DNA of 64,000 nucleotides from Dehalococcoidia bacterium (GTDB lineage: Bacteria; Chloroflexota; Dehalococcoidia; Lucifugimonadales; Australimonadaceae). Made by a program: the position numbers and the translations under genes. How positions within the stretch are numbered: the first letter of the stretch is position 1; each line of letters opens with the position of its first letter. Positions 57,355 to 64,000 of this stretch are shown here, one piece after another. Location of the stretch: contig CBDHDB010000001.1 of the NCBI GenBank assembly GCA_965261385.1, positions 737,145-801,144 of the forward strand, written 5' to 3'. The notes under the pieces are model-generated. The model was given only the letters and a program-made list of their open reading frames with translations. It made no database searches and was not told the DNA's origin.

Positions 57355-59637
57355 ATGGACCTGGCAGGATTCATCGACACGTACAAGGAAGCGATCGCCC
57401 GGCGGGTGGTCGAGTCCTACCCGCCCCTCTACCGGCCCTCCGACAACGGACGGCCCCTCCCCCTCCTCCTCCGCTCCCCTCTCGGCGCCCAGCGCGACGC
57501 CATCCAAGGCGCGGCCCTCTCCCTCGAAGCCCACCGGGGCACGACCGTCGTCGGCGAGATGGGCACCGGCAAGACCTTCATCGCCGCGGCAGCCGCCCAC
57601 ATGGCGGGCTTCAAGCGGGTCCTCGTGCTCTGCCCGCCCCACCTCGTCCGCAAGTGGAAGCGGGAGGTGGAGGAGACGGTCCCCGGCGCCCAAGCCGCCA
57701 TCGTGTCCTCCATCACCGACCTGGAGAAGCTCCGGCTCTCCACCGGCCCCGGCCCCCTCTTCGCCGTCATGTCCCGCGAGCGGGCGAAGCTGTCCTACCG
57801 CTGGCAACCCGCCGTCGTCGAGCGGTGGGCCGTCTCGGGCGGCAGGCTCATCCGGGCCGAGGAGACGGGGGAGCCCTTCAGAGTCCCCTGCTGCCCGGTC
57901 TGCTCCCGCCAGGCCGTGGACAAGGACACCGTGCCCCTGACGCCGGAGGAGATGTCGCGCAGGCGGCGCAGCTGCGCCCGGTGCGGCTCGCCCCTCTGGC
58001 AGGCCGACGTCCGGGGCCCCCGCCGCTACCCGTTGGCCGACTATGTCAAGCACCGGATGAAGGGCTTCTTCGACCTGCTTGTCGGGGACGAGGTGCATGA
58101 ATATAAGGGAAGGGGTTCCGCCCAAGGCGTCGCCGCCGGCGTGCTGGCCGACGCCTGCGGCAAGTCCCTCACCCTGACCGGCACGCTGCTGGGAGGGTAT
58201 TCGAGCACCTTGTTCCACCTCCTCTACCGGTTCTCCCCGGAGATCCGGACGGAGTTCGGCCGCTCCGACGAGCGCCGCTGGATCGAGCGGTACGGGTTCG
58301 AGGAGTTCACCCTCGGGAAGGACGACGGCGAGGCCGTCGAGGACGGGCGGTTCAGCCGCCGGAAGAAGTACCGGAAGGTGGTGCGGGAGCGGCCGGGGCT
58401 CGCCCCCTCCGCCCTCTTCCACCTGATCGGCAACAGCGTCTTCCTGCGGCTCTCCGACGTGGCGTCGGGCCTGCCGCCCTACGAGGAGCAGGTGCTCCTC
58501 TCGACCATGGACCGGGAGCCCGACGCGATGGGCCTCTCCCAGCGGGGGGCCTACGACCGGGTCTTCAACGCCCTGCGCCATGCCCTGGCGCAAGCGTTGG
58601 CGAAGGGCTCCAAGCGGCTGCTGGCCACCTACCTGCAGACGCTGCTGGCCTACCCCGACGGCTGCACGCGGGGCGAGACGGTCTTCGACCCGGCGACGGG
58701 CATCCCCATCGTCCAGGTCCCTCCGCTGTCGGAGGAGAAGCTCTACCCGAAGGAGCAGGCGCTGGTCGACCTCGTGGCGGCCGAGCGGCTCGAAGGGAGG
58801 AAGGTGCTGGTGTACGCCACCCACACGGGGACGCGGGACATCACCGGGCGGATGGACGACATCCTGACGCGGCACGGGTTCCGGGTCGCGGTGATGAAGG
58901 CCGACGCCGTGGCCCCCGACCGGCGGGAGGCCTGGGTGGCGGACCGGGTGAAGGAGGGCGTCGACGTCCTCGTCTGCCACCCCCGGCTGGTGCAGACCGG
59001 CCTGGACCTGATCGACTTCCCGACCATCGTCTGGTTCGAGACCGATTACAGCGTTTACGTCATGCGGCAGGCGTCGCGCCGGTCGTGGCGCATCGGGCAG
59101 ACCCGCCCGGTGAAGGTGGTGTTCATGTCCTACCGGAACAGTCTGCAGGCCGACGCCCTGAAGCTGGTGGCGAAGAAGCTGCAGAGCTCCCTCGCCGTCG
59201 AGGGGGAGTTGCCGGAGGACGGGCTTGCGGCCTACGGCGACGACGGCGACGACCTGATGCTGGCCCTGGCCCGCAGGATCGTCAGCGGCGACGAGGACGA
59301 AGACGAGGCGGAGACGGTGGAGGCGGTATTCGCCCAGGCCAGGGACGCCGAGGCCAGCGCCGAGGAATACCTGGTGGACGATGACTGGGAGGCCGTCGAA
59401 GTGGAGCCGGAGACCATGGCGGTCCATCACGACGAGGCTGGAACGGCCGCAGACAGCGGTTGCGGCGGCGAGGCCGTCGGGCCGCAGCGGTCGCTGTTCT
59501 CGTGGACGGAGTTCCTCGCGGAGGAGCAGGGCCGCAGCCGCAGCCGGAAGCCGAAGCCCGCTTCCGCGTCCCTCTTCGAGTGGGCGATGAGCATGGAGCA
59601 GGAGCGAGAGGAAGAGCCGGTCGGCGCGGGACGCTAG
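57355..59637 (+). CDS. SNF2/DEAD-like helicase with an inserted zinc-ribbon
   Basis: Motif I GEMGTGKTF, motif II DEVHEYKG, the insert CCPVCS...CARCGS, and helicase-C motif RRSWRIGQTRPV. ATG 57355 follows AAAGGAG. Confidence 0.85.
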   Translation: MDLAGFIDTYKEAIARRVVESYPPLYRPSDNGRPLPLLLRSPLGAQRDAIQGAALSLEAHRGTTVVGEMGTGKTFIAAAAAHMAGFKRVLVLCPPHLVRKWKREVEETVPGAQAAIVSSITDLEKLRLSTGPGPLFAVMSRERAKLSYRWQPAVVERWAVSGGRLIRAEETGEPFRVPCCPVCSRQAVDKDTVPLTPEEMSRRRRSCARCGSPLWQADVRGPRRYPLADYVKHRMKGFFDLLVGDEVHEYKGRGSAQGVAAGVLADACGKSLTLTGTLLGGYSSTLFHLLYRFSPEIRTEFGRSDERRWIERYGFEEFTLGKDDGEAVEDGRFSRRKKYRKVVRERPGLAPSALFHLIGNSVFLRLSDVASGLPPYEEQVLLSTMDREPDAMGLSQRGAYDRVFNALRHALAQALAKGSKRLLATYLQTLLAYPDGCTRGETVFDPATGIPIVQVPPLSEEKLYPKEQALVDLVAAERLEGRKVLVYATHTGTRDITGRMDDILTRHGFRVAVMKADAVAPDRREAWVADRVKEGVDVLVCHPRLVQTGLDLIDFPTIVWFETDYSVYVMRQASRRSWRIGQTRPVKVVFMSYRNSLQADALKLVAKKLQSSLAVEGELPEDGLAAYGDDGDDLMLALARRIVSGDEDEDEAETVEAVFAQARDAEASAEEYLVDDDWEAVEVEPETMAVHHDEAGTAADSGCGGEAVGPQRSLFSWTEFLAEEQGRSRSRKPKPASASLFEWAMSMEQEREEEPVGAGR

Positions 59638-59651
59638 ACCGCAAGGACACC

Positions 59652-59684
59652 GGGAGGCCGCCGCACAAGGAGCGACGGCCTCCC
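59652..59684 (+). repeat. GC-rich stem-loop with AAGGAG in its loop
   Basis: GGGAGGCCG ... CGGCCTCCC forms a 9-bp stem after the SNF2 stop. Confidence 0.7.
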
Positions 59685-59724
59685 CGCACGAAGCAGGACA
59701 AAACCATCACAAGGAGATGGACCA

Positions 59725-59931
59725 ATGGGACGCATCTTTGTCTACGACGACCGCGAGTTCCCCGACCCCGACCCCCAGATGAGTGTCGACCAGGTGAAGG
59801 CAACGCTCAGCGACTTCTACGGGGAGATCGCCAACGCCTCGGTGAAGGAGACAACGCGGGGCAACGACACCATCTACGAGTTCCAGCGGCGGGTGGGCAC
59901 CAAGGGCGCCTTCACCCACGCCAAAGAGTAA
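59725..59931 (+). CDS. PRTRC system protein C-like ubiquitin-like (beta-grasp) protein
   Basis: 68 aa. The pattern IFVYDDREFPDPDPQMSVDQVKATLSDFYGEIANA...YEFQRRVGTKG matches my recollection of the PRTRC_C family (TIGR03738). Confidence 0.65.
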   Translation: MGRIFVYDDREFPDPDPQMSVDQVKATLSDFYGEIANASVKETTRGNDTIYEFQRRVGTKGAFTHAKE

Positions 59932-59943
59932 GGAGGGAGTCCG

Positions 59944-60174
59944 ATGGACAACCGGACCTTTGCCGGTCTGCTGGCAGCGACCCCGCCGGCGGACCTGAGA
60001 ATCCTCGAGCTCACGGCGGAGCTCACACGGCCCGACGGCGCCTTCGACCTGGACGCCGCGGCCGCCCGGCAGCATGAGGTGGAGCTGGCCTGTGTCCAGG
60101 CGCAGGACTACGCCGCGGCCACGGGCCGCCTGCTGGAGGCGTTGCGATGGCAGCTGCGGCCCCGGCGCAGCTGA
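59944..60174 (+). CDS. Small hypothetical protein within the PRTRC-like cassette
   Basis: 76-aa ORF packed tightly between protein C and the next gene. Confidence 0.4.
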   Translation: MDNRTFAGLLAATPPADLRILELTAELTRPDGAFDLDAAAARQHEVELACVQAQDYAAATGRLLEALRWQLRPRRS

Positions 60175-60983
60175 GCGGCCTGGCGAACCTGCTCCTGCGG
60201 CGTCCGCCGTCGCTGCGGGATCTGGTCACGCTGATCGGGTACGCCGACGACTACGCATGGTTCGCGGGGCTGGCGCGCCGCCTCTTTCCCCAGGAGGCGG
60301 AGGATGCGCTTTCGGCCCCCGACATACGCACGAGGGTGGAGCGCTTCGCCCAGCTCTTCGGAGAGCGGCACTTCCCCCTCTACGCCCCGTTCTTCGAGTT
60401 CTTCATGGACGAGGGGGACGAACCCCCCTGGACCTGGCTGCGGAGGGGGATCCCCTTCGAGCTGATGGGCTTCGGCTACGACGCCCCCCACGAGCTGTGG
60501 GACGGCTACCGCGAGGGGCTCTCGGCCATGGTCCTCCTGGCCAGGCCCCCCGATTCCTCCTACGAGGGACCCGACGGGCTGCGGGTGGCTTGGCTGGAGT
60601 CGGCCGCCGCCCGCATCCCGCAAGAGACCCTGCGCCGCATTCCCGAGGGCGGCATACCCCTGGACGACCTCGCCGAGGCGCTCAAGGGGACCGGCTTCGA
60701 GGGGGCGGCGCAAGCCTGCTCCTGGGTCTTCGCCGAGACAGGCAACTTCTTCCTGGACGCCAGCTACGACGACGGGATGTACGAGGGGTTCTCCGATCCC
60801 TGGGAGGACGAGGTGATCGAGGCGGGCACGGAGGAGTGGCGCAAGGCCGCCGCCGTCATGGACGCGGTGGGCAAGCTTGCCGACTGGCTGGAGGAGGACC
60901 TCCCCGGCCGCTTCGCCGAGATGCTGGACTTCGTCCTGGGGCGGCTCCCCAATCAAACACGGGAGGATAGCGATGAGTGTTGA
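60147..60983 (+). CDS. Hypothetical protein at the position of PRTRC protein F
   Basis: 278 aa and acidic. It overlaps both neighbours. The assignment is by position only. Confidence 0.45.
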   Translation: MAAAAPAQLSGLANLLLRRPPSLRDLVTLIGYADDYAWFAGLARRLFPQEAEDALSAPDIRTRVERFAQLFGERHFPLYAPFFEFFMDEGDEPPWTWLRRGIPFELMGFGYDAPHELWDGYREGLSAMVLLARPPDSSYEGPDGLRVAWLESAAARIPQETLRRIPEGGIPLDDLAEALKGTGFEGAAQACSWVFAETGNFFLDASYDDGMYEGFSDPWEDEVIEAGTEEWRKAAAVMDAVGKLADWLEEDLPGRFAEMLDFVLGRLPNQTREDSDEC

Positions 60984-61680
60984 AGTCGACGCAACCCAAT
61001 GGTCCCTGCCGGGCCCGGCGGACATGCCCAGGGACACGCTCAAGGCGCAGCTGGAGGTCTACAACGAGACCATCCTGCTGCGGGGCTTCGAGGAGGACTC
61101 CACCTGGGTGCGGACCGTCTCGGCGGACGCCATCGCCAACGTGTTCACCCAGCACCTGGGGTCCTCCTCGGGACTGCTGCCCCAGGATGCCCTCTGGTGG
61201 AACCAGGGCGAGACCGGACAGGTGGTGGCCCTGTGGCGGCCGCCGCAGGTCTGGTCCGCGGCCCTGCAACGGGAGCCCTTCAAGCCTCCCGCCCGGCTCC
61301 GGCTCCCGATGCCGGGGCTGGTCTTCGTCTGCTCGCCGGGCCGCGCGCCCTGGGTCTACGCCGCAACGAGCCGGCCCACCGACCCCGAGCAGCATCTCTT
61401 CCGGGCCCCTGCCTTCAACGTCTTCAGGGACGGGCGGGTCTGCCCCGGAAGCCACCGGTTCCCCGAGGAGGTGGGACTGATACCGGAGTCCTTCTTCCAG
61501 TCCTACTTCTCGCTGACCGGCGATTCACGGGACCGCTCGAAGAAGCGCCCCGACAACCTGCAGGCGCTATGGGAGGAGCTCGATGGAACAACTGCATACC
61601 CGGTTGAGGACCTGGTTCCCCAGTGCACGGTGGGCCAGGCGATGGCGGTCTCCGAGGGGAGACGCGGCTACCGGCGCTAG
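60973..61680 (+). CDS. PRTRC system protein B-like (prokaryotic E2-like)
   Basis: ATG 60973 follows GGGAGGA. The motif LFRAPAFNVFRDGRVCPGSHRFP...FFQSYFS resembles the PRTRC_B / Prok-E2_B pattern, with one conserved Cys. Confidence 0.65.
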   Translation: MSVEVDATQWSLPGPADMPRDTLKAQLEVYNETILLRGFEEDSTWVRTVSADAIANVFTQHLGSSSGLLPQDALWWNQGETGQVVALWRPPQVWSAALQREPFKPPARLRLPMPGLVFVCSPGRAPWVYAATSRPTDPEQHLFRAPAFNVFRDGRVCPGSHRFPEEVGLIPESFFQSYFSLTGDSRDRSKKRPDNLQALWEELDGTTAYPVEDLVPQCTVGQAMAVSEGRRGYRR

Positions 61681-61696
61681 CGGGGCGCCGGGGCCG

Positions 61697-62329
61697 GTGG
61701 GCTACCTGGTCAACCACCCCGGCGGCCTCGCCGGCGTCCAGGGCATCGGCTACGACTACGTGCTGGGATCGGGGGGCGTCTACGTCCAGTCCCGGAGCGC
61801 CGACCTGACGGCGCGGGTCCTGGTCGCCCCCGGCGCGGTTCGCGGGCTCGCTCCCGTCGCCGAGAAGGTGGAATTCACCCACGGCCCCATCCCTGCCTGC
61901 CTCTTCGAGCTGGGGCTGCGCTGGTTCCAGGACGCCCCGGACACCGAGCGGTTCTTCGCCGTGCGGTGGGGCGGGGATGCCTACCGGCTGGTGGTTCCCC
62001 CACAGGCAGGCACCGCAACGAGACTCGCGTACCAGCCCCCCGCAGGGGTGGTCGCCGAGTTCCACTCCCACGGAGGCGCCCGCGCCTTCTTCTCGGCCAC
62101 CGACGACCGGGACGAGCAGGGCTTCCGCATCTACGGCGTCGCCGGACGCCTCGACGCTCCCCGGCCCGAGCTGCGGCTCCGGGTCGGGGTCTACGGCCAC
62201 TTCGCCCCGCTGGACTGGCCCCAGGTGTTCTGCGGCACGGAGCCGGGTCTCCGGCTCTTGGGCGATGGGCCGGGGCCGACACGCAACACCGACTGCATAC
62301 CCCAATCGAACGACAAGGAGGTGAACTGA
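61697..62329 (+). CDS. PRTRC system protein A-like JAB/MPN metallopeptidase
   Basis: JAMM-like EFHSHGGARAFFSATDDRDEQGFRIYGV. The GTG 61697 start is tentative. Confidence 0.7.
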   Translation: MGYLVNHPGGLAGVQGIGYDYVLGSGGVYVQSRSADLTARVLVAPGAVRGLAPVAEKVEFTHGPIPACLFELGLRWFQDAPDTERFFAVRWGGDAYRLVVPPQAGTATRLAYQPPAGVVAEFHSHGGARAFFSATDDRDEQGFRIYGVAGRLDAPRPELRLRVGVYGHFAPLDWPQVFCGTEPGLRLLGDGPGPTRNTDCIPQSNDKEVN

Positions 62330-62331
62330 AG

Positions 62332-63147
62332 ATGCCCTACTACCTGGACAACGCATTCCTGCTCGACAACCCCTGGATCACCGTGGTCGGCTGCGGCGGA
62401 ACGGGCGGCTTCGTGGCCGAGGGCCTCTGCCGCCTCTTCCAGGGGCGGGAGGCCACCATCGTCCTGGTCGACCACGACCGGGTGGAGCCCCACAACCTGC
62501 TGCGCCAGAACTTCTACCCCGAGGACGTCGGAAAGTTCAAGAGCCAGGCCCTCGCCGACCGGCTGGCGCGGGCCTACCGGAGGCCCGTCGGCTACTCGGT
62601 CTACGCCTTCCGGGAGGAGGACTCCCGCCCCGATGGGGGCCGCTACCCCGGCCTTCCCTCCTACGGGAACTCCCTGCTCATCGGCTGCGCCGACAACGCC
62701 GCAGCGCGGCGGGCCATGGCCGAAAGCCTGCCGGGCGACCCGCATCGGTGGCTCATCGACGCGGGCAACGACACCAACTGGGGACAGGTATTGGTGGGCA
62801 ATGTCGCCGACGAGATTGCCTGGGACGAACCCGCCTTCACGGGCGAGACCTGCTCCCTGCTCCCCGCGCCCACGGTGCAGCGGCCCGACCTGCTGACCGC
62901 CGTGTCGACCAGACCGCCGGACGTGGACTGCGCGGCCGCCCTCGACCTCACCGACCAGGACCCGACCATCAACCAGATGATGGCGTCGCTGGTCTTACAG
63001 GTGGTCCGCCGCATGGCGGCGGGAACCTGCCCCTTCATGGGCCTCTACCTGGACATGGAGATGGGAACGGTCACACCGAGCTACGTCACCCCAGAGGCGG
63101 TGGCGCGGGTGGTGGGACCCGGCTCCGAGTGGGAAATATCGGCCTAG
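62332..63147 (+). CDS. PRTRC system ThiF-family E1-like protein
   Basis: Nucleotide loop VVGCGGTGGFVAEGL, then VDHDRVEPHNLLRQNFYPEDVGKFKSQALADRL. The start has an AAGGAGG RBS. Confidence 0.85.
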   Translation: MPYYLDNAFLLDNPWITVVGCGGTGGFVAEGLCRLFQGREATIVLVDHDRVEPHNLLRQNFYPEDVGKFKSQALADRLARAYRRPVGYSVYAFREEDSRPDGGRYPGLPSYGNSLLIGCADNAAARRAMAESLPGDPHRWLIDAGNDTNWGQVLVGNVADEIAWDEPAFTGETCSLLPAPTVQRPDLLTAVSTRPPDVDCAAALDLTDQDPTINQMMASLVLQVVRRMAAGTCPFMGLYLDMEMGTVTPSYVTPEAVARVVGPGSEWEISA

Positions 63148-63200
63148 CGATCAACGGCACGTGAACGCAACCAGAGAAGCAACAAGGAGAAGGAGAAGCC

Positions 63201-63584
63201 ATGACTGACAAGAACGGAAACGCCACGATCTGGCAGGACAACCACAGCGGGCTCCGCAGGCACAAGCTGATGACCAAGGAGCTTGCCGACACCATCCCGC
63301 CCATGTACGCCAATGACGGCGCGGACGACCCCGACGCCGTCGTCGCCAGGGTGAAAATGTTCAGCCCGTACAACGGCTGGCGCTGGTACGTCACCGAGTG
63401 GGACGCCGAGACCGGAACGTGCTTCGGCCTCGTCGAGGGGTTCGAAGTTGAATTGGGCTACTTCGATCTCACGGAACTCTCGGAAGTGACCGTGTTCGGC
63501 AGCGTCCCCGCCGTGGAGCGCGACCTCTACTGGGCGCCGATGACCCTCGGCGAGATCAAGGAACAGTCGAGACTCGCGGCCTAG
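63201..63584 (+). CDS. DUF2958-domain protein
   Basis: IPPMYANDGADDPDAVVARVKMFSPYNGWRWYVTEWD...CFGLVEGFEVELGYFDLTEL...VERDLYW is the characteristic DUF2958 pattern seen on conjugative elements. Confidence 0.7.
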   Translation: MTDKNGNATIWQDNHSGLRRHKLMTKELADTIPPMYANDGADDPDAVVARVKMFSPYNGWRWYVTEWDAETGTCFGLVEGFEVELGYFDLTELSEVTVFGSVPAVERDLYWAPMTLGEIKEQSRLAA

Positions 63585-63621
63585 GCAAGCGTCAGAGAAG
63601 CATCAAGGAAAAGGAGCAACC

Positions 63622-64000
63622 ATGCCCGACGAAACCGGAACGGAAACAACCCGCTCGGATGCTCCGAGCGCCGACGAGAGTCCCATCGGCGATGCGGCGG
63701 ACGGCACGGAAGCCGCGGTTGCCGATGAACAGGACGCCCCACAGGACCCGCAGGGTTCCGACGCTGCCGAGGAGCAGGCCGGTCCTCCGGACGACCTGAA
63801 GGTCGTCGTGTCTCTCAAGGGAGGCAGGGCCACCATCGGCGTGCAACAGCCCACGTCGGACCCATACATCGAGTCCTTCGACGACCGGGGCCTCTCCGGG
63901 CTGACGCAGGAGGTCCCGGCGGTGGTCGAACGGGCGAGGGCCAGGTGGGAGGACGAGCCCAGGCATCCGGCCCACGCGAGACCCGCTCCCCCGGCCAGGC
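63622..64000 (+). CDS. Hypothetical protein, 3'-truncated by window edge
   Basis: ATG 63622 follows AAAGGAG and the frame stays open to base 64000. The N-terminus is acidic and low-complexity, followed by KVVVSLKGGRATIGVQQP... This ORF is not in the supplied track because it has no stop in the window. Confidence 0.5.
   Translation, partial: MPDETGTETTRSDAPSADESPIGDAADGTEAAVADEQDAPQDPQGSDAAEEQAGPPDDLKVVVSLKGGRATIGVQQPTSDPYIESFDDRGLSGLTQEVPAVVERARARWEDEPRHPAHARPAPPAR

Noticed and set aside
57232-59430. 732-aa ORF antisense to the SNF2 helicase
   Set aside because: The SNF2 motifs lie on the plus strand, and the antisense product is low-complexity.

Overview
High-GC bacterial chromosome segment in two parts. 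(1) Bases 1 to ~22.5 kb are ordinary core genome: chrA (partial), dgt-like HD hydrolase, PhzF-like isomerase, dnaG-rpoD, fpg/nei, alkA-like glycosylase, ffh, recR-ybaB-dnaX, ybeY, an aldolase/Rieske-oxygenase cluster, an ABC ATPase and an aldo/keto reductase. (2) From ~22.5 kb to the right edge (>41 kb, not closed in this window) lies an integrated conjugative element (ICE). Its parts, in order, are: a defence-like cargo block (MazF/PemK-like toxin, a 1060-aa fused nuclease/N6-adenine methyltransferase, a large serine recombinase, and an AT-richer three-gene cassette of unknown function ending in an MBL-fold hydrolase); a minus-strand monoderm-type T4SS operon (secreted protein, VirB6-like, two VirB2-like pilins, PrgI-fusion, VirB4, coupling protein, replication-relaxation-family protein, an XRE HTH gene with an in-frame TAG); a repeat-rich divergent control region (candidate oriT/operators); and a long plus-strand establishment module (CHC2/Toprim primase, Rad52-like annealing protein, three tandem ssb copies, RadC, orphan NPPY methyltransferase, three small Zn-ribbon proteins, SNF2 helicase, DUF2958). 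The third ssb copy is split by a group II intron that also carries an extra low-GC ORF. The module ends in a PRTRC-like ubiquitin-like/E2-like/JAB/E1 cassette. No rRNA, tRNA or CRISPR array was found. Because of the high GC content, many long ORFs in the track are antisense or alternative-frame artefacts. All functional calls rest on motif recognition by eye, since no database search was possible.
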